DNA from: an uncultured Candidatus Saccharibacteria bacterium
GTDB taxonomy: Bacteria > Patescibacteriota > Dojkabacteria > B142 > JAFGMG01
Assembly (NCBI GenBank): GCA_964391325.1
Contig: CAYMJM010000001.1
Coordinates: forward strand, 1,438-65,437
Direction: 5' to 3'
Length of the DNA: 64,000 nt
The notes beneath the pieces were generated by a model. The model had not been told where the DNA came from and did not search any database. It worked only from the letters and a program-made list of their open reading frames with translations. Positions within the stretch are counted from its first letter, which is position 1; each line of letters opens with the position of its first letter. Both the position numbers and the translations under genes were made by a program. Positions 48,310 through 57,206 of the stretch are shown one piece after another.

Positions 48310-49271
48310 CAGATTCCACTAATAATACAAACAGGACTAGAATATCTTCTTTTCTTGCCTAGGGCGCGTATGAGTCCTGCAAAGGAGAGGCAGCCATTAT
48401 AAGTTAGGTCTGGCAGGTTAGTCTTTTTTTGAAGGAATGTTGTAGCTTTAATAATTTCTTTTGTTGATAAAACCCACCCTGAGCCCTGGGAATTTTTAAT
48501 TATTTCTATAACTTCTTCTTTTCTTTTTGCTACCTTATCTACAATTGCATCTGCAGGGCTATCTCCCGACTGCTCGAAGGCCATATCAAACCCTTTTGCC
48601 ATAGGATGAACTTTGGTTGTTTGGCATATATGAATTTGGGGTATTGGTATATCTATATCATTATAGCCTTTTGCCAACCCGACTGTGCTTGTTCCGGAGC
48701 TGCAGGGGATAAAAATTGCGTCGGTTTGAGGAGCTTCTTTTGCAAGTTCGTATGAAATTGTTTTAAACCCTTCGATCGCTATTTTATCTTCCGAGCCTCT
48801 GAGATTAATATAGTTCCCCTGGTTACTAAACTTTATTGCATCAGACTTAGCTCTTTCAGAGAAATTCAAAGTAATTCTTGGGTTGGTGTTAATAATGTGC
48901 TCTAAGTGTTTTAACTTATTTTTATTTATTTTATTGGATACAAAAATTGCTAACTTGATATCAGTAAGGTTGACATAAGCAGCAGCTGAGTTTGCAGCAT
49001 TGCCTGACGATGATATAAGCAGTTTTTTCTTCCCATGGGTGTTGTAATATGAGACCTGAAAAGCAAGGCTTCTATCCTTAAAAGATTTATTTGGGTTCAT
49101 GGTTTCCAGTTTCAGTAATACTTTTTGTGTACTTTTAGCTTCAACCCCTAGGTGTTTTAGTTCATATCTATCAAGATAAATTGTATAAATATTAGTTTGC
49201 CCTTCTCCCAAGCTCAGCTGGAACTTTTCGGGAATTTGAGCGCTGATTTTAGGGAACCTCCAAATTGACAT
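48309..49271 (-). CDS. fold-type-II PLP-dependent enzyme, threonine-synthase-like
   Basis: PLP-lysine motif NPNKSFKDRS, Gly-rich SSGNAANS loop. Confidence 0.65.
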   Translation of the reverse strand: MSIWRFPKISAQIPEKFQLSLGEGQTNIYTIYLDRYELKHLGVEAKSTQKVLLKLETMNPNKSFKDRSLAFQVSYYNTHGKKKLLISSSGNAANSAAAYVNLTDIKLAIFVSNKINKNKLKHLEHIINTNPRITLNFSERAKSDAIKFSNQGNYINLRGSEDKIAIEGFKTISYELAKEAPQTDAIFIPCSSGTSTVGLAKGYNDIDIPIPQIHICQTTKVHPMAKGFDMAFEQSGDSPADAIVDKVAKRKEEVIEIIKNSQGSGWVLSTKEIIKATTFLQKKTNLPDLTYNGCLSFAGLIRALGKKRRYSSPVCIISGI

Positions 49272-49373
49272 TTTGTAGTGAAATTTATTAATAATTTGCG
49301 TTAATATATTGCTTTGCTTATCATAGCAAAGGACAGGGTAAAATAAAATGTATTATTTTTTATCTAGAATGTT

Positions 49374-49556
49374 ATGGAAGAGAGTTTAATTACTACAGGA
49401 CAATCCTACGTCTGTCTGGAATGCAAGAATGAAAACACTCTCGATAGTACAAATATTGGAGATGTCGTAGAATGTGATTTTTGCGGAATAGAATATGAAA
49501 TTATTGAGGAGGAAGGGAAAAATTATAAACTGGTTATCATAGAGGAAGAAAAATAG
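49374..49556 (+). CDS. LysW-like zinc-ribbon amino-group carrier protein homologue with acidic C-terminal tail (EEEK)
   Basis: 60 aa; CLEC ... GDVVECDFCGIEYEI mirrors the LysW CPxC...GEhhxCxxCGAxLEV pattern; acidic tail IIEEEGKNYKLVIIEEEK; first gene of a three-gene operon. Confidence 0.55.
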   Translation: MEESLITTGQSYVCLECKNENTLDSTNIGDVVECDFCGIEYEIIEEEGKNYKLVIIEEEK

Positions 49557-49582
49557 TAGAATAAGGAAAGTATTTTAAGCAA

Positions 49583-51034
49583 ATGTCTAAAGTTGACTTC
49601 TTCCTTAAACAAATAAATTTTAAGCTCAAAGATAAACCTTTATTTTACATATGTAATGATCCGGAGAGGGCCTTGGGGCTTGAGGCTTTGCTGAAAAACT
49701 ATCATATCGTGTGCGTGGATGACTCGGATTTGTTTACTTATATAAAACTTCAAATTGGAAATATTTTCTCTCTGGAAAACCATGTTGGACAAAAAAATGC
49801 TCTCTTTAGAAGCTCAGCGAAGTTACTTGAAGAAGAGTCAGTAGCAGAGTATATCAATAACAATTCAAAGCAAAATGAAAGATTTTTTCAAACATTCAAA
49901 ATTTCTTCAAGATTTCAAAAATTAGCGGAAAGATACAATGCTACACTACTCAATACAACTTCGCAGCTAAACAAAAGCTTTGAGAATAAACTTAGGCAAT
50001 ATAGGTTACTAAAACAGTATGAAGTTAACTTTCCACCAACTTTAATATCCAAACTCAAAGAATTGGACTATCAGACTTTAGCAGATAAGCTAGGCAATAG
50101 TCTTGTTATTCAGTTTGACCGCGGCCACACAGGAACTGGAACGGTCTTTATCAATTCTATTGATGAATTTAAAAGTATACAGCAAAAATTTCCTGATAGA
50201 GAAGCTAGAGTTGCAAGTAGAGTAGAAGGATTCAGCTATACAGTTAATGCAGCAGTAAGCAGAAATGGAATTTATGTAGCAGGTTTGAGCTATCAAATAA
50301 CAGGAGTGCCTGAATTGACCCACTTGGAGGGAGGGACTGTAGGAAACGACTTTAGCTGCAGACAAGGTATTAGTTCCAAACTTAAGCAGCAAATTATAGA
50401 AGAGGTTACCAAGGTTGGGTTTGCTATGAAGGAAGCAGGATACAAAGGCTTATTTGGTGTTGATCTAATAGTTTCTTCTGATCAAGTGTATATAATTGAG
50501 GTTAATGCCCGACAGCCTGCGTCCGTTCCTTTTCATGCTAAGCTACAGCTAAGACAGGACGAGGTTCCACTGTCGATAATTCACATTATGGAATTTATGG
50601 ATCTAATTTATGATATAGATCCGATAGAATACTGTAACAAAGGCTTGGAGCCTGTTTCAGCAGGCCAACTGTTTCTGCGCAATGTTACTCCAGAACGATT
50701 TATAGTAAATGGTAAAATTAAAACTGGAGTTTATAGATTACAGAGTGATAACTCTGCCCTAATATTTAAAGAACATGGAACAGAAGTCAAAGCAAATACA
50801 ATATTTTTAGATGAAGAAAAAGATAAGCCTTTAATCTTTCAAAAGGAAGGGTACTCTATAGATTCAATTGAAGATGGAGGCTTTTTGATAGCGAGTCAGT
50901 TACAAGGAAAACAAGTTAATCAGGGAAATGAAATAGCACGAATTCAAGCATTACAGTCTCTGGTAGGTAAGGATGGTAAGCCTTTCCCGTGGGCTATAGA
51001 AGCATTACAGGCAATATACGAATATTTACGTTAG
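49583..51034 (+). CDS. ATP-grasp ligase (LysX/RimK-like) with about 170-aa N-terminal extension
   Basis: C-terminal half has the ATP-grasp pattern (QFDRGHTGTGTVFI; VGNDFSCRQG; GLFGVDLIV...YIIEVNARQ); 26-nt gap after the LysW-like gene. Confidence 0.7.
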   Translation: MSKVDFFLKQINFKLKDKPLFYICNDPERALGLEALLKNYHIVCVDDSDLFTYIKLQIGNIFSLENHVGQKNALFRSSAKLLEEESVAEYINNNSKQNERFFQTFKISSRFQKLAERYNATLLNTTSQLNKSFENKLRQYRLLKQYEVNFPPTLISKLKELDYQTLADKLGNSLVIQFDRGHTGTGTVFINSIDEFKSIQQKFPDREARVASRVEGFSYTVNAAVSRNGIYVAGLSYQITGVPELTHLEGGTVGNDFSCRQGISSKLKQQIIEEVTKVGFAMKEAGYKGLFGVDLIVSSDQVYIIEVNARQPASVPFHAKLQLRQDEVPLSIIHIMEFMDLIYDIDPIEYCNKGLEPVSAGQLFLRNVTPERFIVNGKIKTGVYRLQSDNSALIFKEHGTEVKANTIFLDEEKDKPLIFQKEGYSIDSIEDGGFLIASQLQGKQVNQGNEIARIQALQSLVGKDGKPFPWAIEALQAIYEYLR

Positions 51035-51043
51035 TTTCATAAT

Positions 51044-51808
51044 ATGATTCATAAAACAATTCATCCAAAAGCCCAAGAAGCAATTCACAGGTACTTTAAC
51101 CTTCCTTTTGGCAGAAAGAGGGTAAAATGCCCTTATTATATGAATATTAAAAAGGAAAGGGCTGGTCTACGAGTAATGGTAGGTAAAGGGAGTGTAGCCG
51201 AGATAGTGCACGAGACAAAAGTATGGGCACAGCTAAAAGGTTTTAATCTAAGTCGGAAAAGCGAAGAGGAAATTAGGGAGTTTATGATTAAGAAGGGAAT
51301 AGGAATTGACTGCTCGGGTTTTATTGCACATATTTTAGATCATTGGTTTAAATCTGAAAACAGAGGAAGAGTATGGAACAACCTTAAATTTCAGGATAAC
51401 AGTATATACGCTCGATTTCGTAGATTTTTGAGACCTATTGAAAATATAGGTGCTAACTTGCTCACTTCTGATTTGAATTGCATACATATAGATAATTTTG
51501 ATGATATAGGGCCTGGAGATCTGATTAGAGCGAAAGGAAAGCAAAAAAATGCTCACCATGTAGCAATTATTACTGATACTCATAAGAGTGAAAGCGGCAA
51601 ACTTAAAAAGTTTGACTATGTGCATGCACATAGATTTTATGAGGAAGAAAATGGAGTTAGAAAAGGTACAGTAATAATCTCTAAACCAGAAGGGTCTCTA
51701 AAAGATCAGGAATGGCGGGATACTTACAATGGGAAAAATTATATGCTTGAGGATCTGAAAGTAAACTACGAGGATAATGGCATTAGAAGGCTAAAAGCAT
51801 TAGCATAA
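51044..51808 (+). CDS. cytoplasmic NlpC/P60-family (papain-like) cysteine hydrolase
   Basis: GIDCSGFIAHIL catalytic-Cys motif and downstream NAHHVAIITD His; no signal peptide; 9-nt gap after the ATP-grasp gene. Confidence 0.55.
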   Translation: MIHKTIHPKAQEAIHRYFNLPFGRKRVKCPYYMNIKKERAGLRVMVGKGSVAEIVHETKVWAQLKGFNLSRKSEEEIREFMIKKGIGIDCSGFIAHILDHWFKSENRGRVWNNLKFQDNSIYARFRRFLRPIENIGANLLTSDLNCIHIDNFDDIGPGDLIRAKGKQKNAHHVAIITDTHKSESGKLKKFDYVHAHRFYEEENGVRKGTVIISKPEGSLKDQEWRDTYNGKNYMLEDLKVNYEDNGIRRLKALA

Positions 51809-51898
51809 AAACTATCCTAGGAATAGCGCGTTTTTTACTAAATATTGCTTGTAAAGCAGGGTAGTATGTTATTATAGAGTTTTATTACTTTCATTTGA

Positions 51899-53281
51899 AT
51901 GGTGGGGTCTGATAGGGAAATATTCAACTTTGTAGACGTAGAGACTACAGGAACTAAGAGTGCCGAGGATAGAATTATAGAAGTAGCTGCTATTAAAACG
52001 CAGGGAGATAAAATTCTTGATATTTACACTGCCTTGGTTAATCCTGGTTTTAGACCATCAAGCTTCATATTGGGACTGACAGGAATTAAATATGAAGACC
52101 TGGAAGTATCTAAACGCTTCCAAGATATAGCAGGAGAGCTTTATGAATTTTTGAGTCAGGGTACTTTTGTTGCCCATAATGCAAGGTTTGATTATTCTTT
52201 TTTAAAGAATGAGTTCCTTAGAGCAGGATTTAGCTTTCTACCAAAGATTCTATGTACGGTTAGGCTCTCTAGCGCACTCTACCCTCACTTGAAAAAACAT
52301 AACTTGGAATCCTTAGTTAAACGTCTGCATATTAAATTGGAAAACCACCACCGAGCTTATGATGATGCGTATAGCCTTTTTGAGTTTATAAAGCTCGAAA
52401 GATGTAATCGACAAGATCACGATTTCCACAGAATTATAAGTGAGTTAACTGGCTCGCCAGCTATCCCCAAGCTAATTAGCAAGGCTGATCTAGACAGCAT
52501 TCCTGATACTACAGGAGTTTATTTATTCTTAAATGCACAAGCCTATCCTATTTATATTGGAATGAGTAAGAGCATCAGGCAAAGAGTTTTATCACATTTT
52601 TACCAGAACTTAAGCAGGAGCAAAGAAATGAAAATTTCCACAAGCCTCAATAAAATTCATTATATAGAAACAGCTGGTATCTTGGGGGCACAACTTCGGG
52701 AGTCGCAATTAATCAAGCAATACCAGCCTTTGTATAACCGAAAACTTCGCAGAAATGACTACTTAACTTGTGTTATCGCAGAGGAAAATGAGAATGAGTA
52801 TATTAACCTGTCTATTGGGCGTAGGAAAAACATAAATCAACAAAATTTGCATTACATAGTTGGTATTTACAATAGTGTAAAGCAAGCCAAAGCTAATTTA
52901 GCTGAAATTGCAAAGGAACATAAACTATGTCCTCAATACCTAGGGTTGGAGCCTAGATCTCGCAACAGTTGTTTTAATTATTATCTGAAGCTGTGCTCAG
53001 GTGCGTGCCGTCATGATATCCCAGTAGAAGAATATAACAGAAGTGTGTACAAAGCTTTTAACAAAACACGCTTGTGTGCCTGGCCTTATGGAGGTGAGAT
53101 AGAGGTAGTTGAGGAGACAAACAAATTTAAGGAGACTTTCGTTATAGACAAATGGGTAGTTAAGAGTGCTAGGTTTGAAGGAGACTACATAAGAAGTCAA
53201 CCTACCCTTGAAGCAGGTCGATTTGACCTAGATACTTATAAAATTCTGCATTCCTTTTTAAATCGCGAGTTTACCACTTAG
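51899..53281 (+). CDS. DnaQ-like 3'-5' exonuclease fused to GIY-YIG (UvrC N-terminal-like) nuclease domain
   Basis: Exo I FVDVETTG, Exo II FVAHNARFDYSFL, Exo III HRAYDDA; then GIY-YIG GVYLFLNAQAYPIYIGMSKSIRQR...E. Confidence 0.75.
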   Translation: MVGSDREIFNFVDVETTGTKSAEDRIIEVAAIKTQGDKILDIYTALVNPGFRPSSFILGLTGIKYEDLEVSKRFQDIAGELYEFLSQGTFVAHNARFDYSFLKNEFLRAGFSFLPKILCTVRLSSALYPHLKKHNLESLVKRLHIKLENHHRAYDDAYSLFEFIKLERCNRQDHDFHRIISELTGSPAIPKLISKADLDSIPDTTGVYLFLNAQAYPIYIGMSKSIRQRVLSHFYQNLSRSKEMKISTSLNKIHYIETAGILGAQLRESQLIKQYQPLYNRKLRRNDYLTCVIAEENENEYINLSIGRRKNINQQNLHYIVGIYNSVKQAKANLAEIAKEHKLCPQYLGLEPRSRNSCFNYYLKLCSGACRHDIPVEEYNRSVYKAFNKTRLCAWPYGGEIEVVEETNKFKETFVIDKWVVKSARFEGDYIRSQPTLEAGRFDLDTYKILHSFLNREFTT

Positions 53282-53355
53282 AAATTAATGCAAAGTGATC
53301 TATCCTCGTACTTTAGCTGAACTCAAGCTATAGATATTGATATAAGAAAGGCCAT

Positions 53356-53419
53356 TTGGCACTTGAAATTTATAGCTGCTAATGTTAGACTATTGGCACT
53401 TTAGTTATATAGTTGCTAA
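53356..53419 (+). promoter_or_regulatory. two tandem degenerate CIRCE-like inverted repeats (HrcA operator candidates)
   Basis: TTGGCACTT-N9-AGCTGCTAA (53356-53382) and TTGGCACTT-N9-AGTTGCTAA (53393-53419), compared with the CIRCE consensus TTAGCACTC-N9-GAGTGCTAA; directly upstream of hrcA. Confidence 0.4.
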
Positions 53420-53421
53420 TT

Positions 53422-54153
53422 ATGATAACTGCCAGACAAAAGCGTTTACTTGAAGCAATAATAAAAGAATTTATAGAAACAGCTGAGGCAGTCGGTTCTA
53501 TTGACTTACCTGAAAAATATGGACTGGATGTTAGTCCTGCTACGATAAGAAATGAGATGGCAACACTTGTATCCTTAGGATATCTGAATAAAACTCACGC
53601 CTCCTCAGGGAGAATCCCAACTACAAGGGCATTTAAATATTTTTTACAAGAAATACTAGATCAATTGCAGGAGTTGGATGTAAGAGAACAAGCACATTTC
53701 AACGAGGACATGTTTCAGAAAAGATACAATATTGACCAATTGATGATATCAGCTGTGAGAGCTTTAAGCTCCATAACTCACAATCCATCAATTGCGTTGG
53801 TAAATGACAGGATTTATCATATTGGTTTAGATATGTTATTAAATAACCCAGAGTATCGTGACTACACGAAACTACAACACATATTGGCTATGTTGGATGA
53901 TTATGCCAATCTGGTTCATATCTTTAAATCTCATAAAAGTGAACAAGATATTAAAGTGTTAATTGGGGAAGATTTAAGACACCCAGCCCTCTACGATTCT
54001 GCTATTGTTTTCGCAAATATCCCTAGTTTTCACAAAAGTAGTGGTTATATTGCTATTTTAGGCCCGAACCGGATGCAATACGAGAAGGTTATACCTGCTA
54101 TAAGGTATGTCTCAAATAAAATTTCTAACTTACTAAAAGACTGGAAAATTTAA
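53422..54153 (+). CDS. hrcA: heat-inducible transcription repressor HrcA (short form)
   Basis: N-terminal wHTH LTARQKRLLEAIIKEFIETAEAVGS...ATIRNEMATL; ATG at 53422 preferred over the TTG at 53413. Confidence 0.8.
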   Translation: MITARQKRLLEAIIKEFIETAEAVGSIDLPEKYGLDVSPATIRNEMATLVSLGYLNKTHASSGRIPTTRAFKYFLQEILDQLQELDVREQAHFNEDMFQKRYNIDQLMISAVRALSSITHNPSIALVNDRIYHIGLDMLLNNPEYRDYTKLQHILAMLDDYANLVHIFKSHKSEQDIKVLIGEDLRHPALYDSAIVFANIPSFHKSSGYIAILGPNRMQYEKVIPAIRYVSNKISNLLKDWKI

Positions 54154-54169
54154 ATTTTAAAGTTTTCTC

Positions 54170-55105
54170 ATGATTAAATTGGAGCAACTATCTGCTTTAA
54201 TCAAAAGCCAAGAAAAAGTAAGGATAGAGCAGCTTAAGGATCTAATCCTCTCGCTGGATAGTGCAAACCTGCAAACAAAAAGTAAAGAAGATTTCCAAGT
54301 TTTCTCGGAGGCGCTTGAAAAGGCTGGTTTATCTAAATTTAAACAAGTCTCTCATGCAGGTAGGAAAATAAATGTATATAAGGTCAGTCCGGAGTTAAAA
54401 AAAGAATTTTTCGATCTTAATTTTATCGAACTTTCTGAGCCAAAGCCAGGCAAACACCTGAGACACACTGAGTGGGAATATGTTTCATACATTGCCGATA
54501 ACTATGATCTATTATTGAAAATGCTGACTTCTAAAGATAAAGTGACAAAAATTCGACAAATAGAAGATGATAAATTTAGCTATTATTCTCCAAGCGACAA
54601 CAAAATACAGTTCAGGAATAAGAGCATAGGAGAAACTGAAAACTATAATAAGCCAGTAGATACAACAGAAAAAGAATTAGAGTCGGAACTAGAAAAGGAG
54701 AAACAGGCAAGGATGAAACTCATAGCGGATTTTGATAACTATCGTAAATCAACTGAGGCACGACTCAGTCAAGTTATGCAGAATGCTAATTCTAAAGTTA
54801 TTATTAAATTAATTGATATTATAGATGATTTTGAAAGAGCTTTACAAACCAAGGAAGATGGAGGGATACAACTTATTTATAATAAATTAATAAATTTGCT
54901 AAAAGAAGAAAATGTAGAAATGATTAAGTTAGAGCAGGGAGCCAAATATGAACCTTATCAAATGGAAGCTTTAAGCATCAGTGAAACTGATAATGAGTCC
55001 GAAAATAATACTGTCGAACGAATCATACAACAAGGCTATGTCAATGTCGAAACAGGAAGCATTTTAAGACCTACTAGAGTTATAGTCAAAAAACTAAAAC
55101 AGTAA
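54170..55105 (+). CDS. grpE: nucleotide exchange factor GrpE with about 170-aa N-terminal extension of unknown function
   Basis: C-terminal about 140 aa matches the GrpE coiled-coil plus beta-domain (KLIADFDNYRKS...); position between hrcA and dnaK. Confidence 0.75.
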   Translation: MIKLEQLSALIKSQEKVRIEQLKDLILSLDSANLQTKSKEDFQVFSEALEKAGLSKFKQVSHAGRKINVYKVSPELKKEFFDLNFIELSEPKPGKHLRHTEWEYVSYIADNYDLLLKMLTSKDKVTKIRQIEDDKFSYYSPSDNKIQFRNKSIGETENYNKPVDTTEKELESELEKEKQARMKLIADFDNYRKSTEARLSQVMQNANSKVIIKLIDIIDDFERALQTKEDGGIQLIYNKLINLLKEENVEMIKLEQGAKYEPYQMEALSISETDNESENNTVERIIQQGYVNVETGSILRPTRVIVKKLKQ

Positions 55106-55156
55106 CTACATTCTCATGCTGTTTAGAATTTCTATTTTAAATTTTAGTTAAATAAC

Positions 55157-57058
55157 ATGTCTAAAATAGTTGGAATTGACCTTGGAACTAGTAACTCCGC
55201 AATAGCCTATGTGACCGGAGGGAAGCCTGAAATAATTGCAAACAAAGAAGGTGGAAGGACAACCCCTTCTGTAATTGCAATATCTTCTGATGCTGTAGAA
55301 GAAATTATTGTGGGCGTGCCAGCCAAGAATCAGATGGTAACAAACCCCGAACAGACTTTCTACTCAATAAAAAGATTGATTGGAAGGAGATGGGATGATC
55401 CGGATATTGAACAAGACAAGAAGCTCCTACCCTTTGAGCTAAGGAAAAGCGGTAAAGGTGGAGTTGAAATAGAATTTGGAAACCAATGGCTTGCTCCAGA
55501 AGCAATTTGTGCCAAAGTACTTGCTAAACTGAAAGCAGATGCTGAGGCTTTCTTGGGTGAAGAAGTTAAGGAAGCAGTGATAACAGTTCCCGCTTACTTT
55601 GATGATTCTCAAAGACAGGCAACCAAAAATGCAGGGAAAATAGCAGGTCTCGATGTAAAAAGAATTATTAACGAGCCTACAGCTGCAGCTCTGGCTTACG
55701 GTCTGGATCAGAAACAGGATCAAAATATTGCGGTCTATGATCTGGGTGGAGGCACGTTTGATATTTCAATTCTCGAAATTGGTGATGGTATATTTGAGGT
55801 TAAGGCCACAAATGGAGATACCCATCTAGGAGGAGATGACTTTGATCAGGAAATAATTGATAGCTTAATCGATGAATTTAAAAAAGACACAGGAATTGAT
55901 TTAAGGAGTGATCCTGCTGCGTTACAGAGGCTTAAAGAAGCAGTTGAAAAGGCAAAAATTACACTGTCAAGCACAGAAAAAACAGAGATTAACTTGCCAT
56001 ACATAACGGCAGACAAAAATGGTCCAAAGCATTTTAGGAAAGAGATGACCCGATCTGATTTGGAAAAATTAGTTTCGGACCTTATTGACAAGACTCTTGA
56101 GCCGTGTAGAAAAGCACTTGTCGACGCAAAACTCTCTGTATCAGATATAGATGAAGTAATTTTAGTCGGGGGAATGACCAGAATGCCACTTATCAAGAAA
56201 AAGGTTGAGGAGTTTTTTGGTAGAAAACCTCATGAAGGTGTAAATCCTGATGAAGTTGTGGCAATTGGAGCAGCTATACAAGGTGCAGTTCTTGCTGGAG
56301 ATGAAAATGTGAAAGACGTCACCCTCCTAGATGTTACTCCGCTAACTTTAGGCTTGGAAACCCTTGGAGGGGTTAGAACACCCTTGATTCCTCGGAATAC
56401 AACTATACCAACAGAAAAATCACAGGTTTTTTCGACAGCTGCCGATAACCAGACAGCAGTAGAAATTCATGTATTGCAGGGAGAAAGGGAGATGGCAAGT
56501 GATAATAAAACTTTAGGAAAATTTATACTTGACGGTATCCCTCCGGCACCAAGGGGGGTTCCTCAAGTAGAAGTTACTTTTAAAATAGATGCTAATGGGA
56601 TACTAAGTGTTTCTGCTAAAGACAAAGCAACAGGTAAAGAGCAAAGCATAACAATCACAGCATCTACTCACATGAGTGAAGATGAAATTGACAAAATGGT
56701 CGAAGAGGCTTCAAAATATGCTGCTGAAGATAAAAAGAAGAAGGAAAGGGTTGAAATCCATAATGTCGCTGATACGTTAGTATTTCAGGTAGAAAAATTT
56801 ATCGAAGAAATGAAAGAAAAATTAGATAATACCGATAAGGAGGAGCTTGAGGAAAAAGCAAAAGAGCTGAAAGAGATAATTAATAAAGAAGACTTCGTTA
56901 ACGAAGATGTAAAAATTAAGACGGAAGAGCTATCAAAGTTACTGCAGCAAAAAGGGGCTAAGATGTACGAAAAAGCATCAAAAGAAGCTGAAGAAGAACA
57001 GAAAGATTCCAAAAGTGAAGAAAAAAGTTCGGAAGCTGAAGAAGGGGAAGTGGTCTAA
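55157..57058 (+). CDS. dnaK: molecular chaperone DnaK (Hsp70)
   Basis: [18 protein letters not shown], full nucleotide-binding and substrate-binding domains, acidic tail. Confidence 0.97.
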   Translation: MSKIVGIDLGTSNSAIAYVTGGKPEIIANKEGGRTTPSVIAISSDAVEEIIVGVPAKNQMVTNPEQTFYSIKRLIGRRWDDPDIEQDKKLLPFELRKSGKGGVEIEFGNQWLAPEAICAKVLAKLKADAEAFLGEEVKEAVITVPAYFDDSQRQATKNAGKIAGLDVKRIINEPTAAALAYGLDQKQDQNIAVYDLGGGTFDISILEIGDGIFEVKATNGDTHLGGDDFDQEIIDSLIDEFKKDTGIDLRSDPAALQRLKEAVEKAKITLSSTEKTEINLPYITADKNGPKHFRKEMTRSDLEKLVSDLIDKTLEPCRKALVDAKLSVSDIDEVILVGGMTRMPLIKKKVEEFFGRKPHEGVNPDEVVAIGAAIQGAVLAGDENVKDVTLLDVTPLTLGLETLGGVRTPLIPRNTTIPTEKSQVFSTAADNQTAVEIHVLQGEREMASDNKTLGKFILDGIPPAPRGVPQVEVTFKIDANGILSVSAKDKATGKEQSITITASTHMSEDEIDKMVEEASKYAAEDKKKKERVEIHNVADTLVFQVEKFIEEMKEKLDNTDKEELEEKAKELKEIINKEDFVNEDVKIKTEELSKLLQQKGAKMYEKASKEAEEEQKDSKSEEKSSEAEEGEVV

Positions 57059-57071
57059 TAAAACCACAGCA

Positions 57072-57190
57072 CCTCTCGACCCTTCGTTTACACTCAGGAC
57101 TCAAGGCTCAAACTGACACGCTATATTTTGATTTAATATGTCAGTTCGAGCCTGTCGAGACCTTATTTCCCATAGCTAAGGTATGTCGAG
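57072..57190. repeat. structured palindromic repeat element, copy B (inverted relative to copy A)
   Basis: CTCTCGAC ... GGCTCAAACTGACACG - loop - TGTCAGTTCGAGCC ... GTCGAGAC/GTCGAGAG; reverse complement aligns with 30677-30777; sits in the convergent dnaK/nrnA-like intergenic region. Confidence 0.45.
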
Positions 57191-57206
57191 AGAAAATACT
57201 ATTATT

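Noticed and set aside
30677-57190. Interpretation of the two inverted repeat copies as terminal inverted repeats of a 26-kb mobile element
   Set aside because: The intervening DNA is core housekeeping (nrdJ, mraY, uvrC, hrcA-grpE-dnaK), with no transposase or integrase and no compositional shift. A dispersed small repeat family is the simpler explanation.
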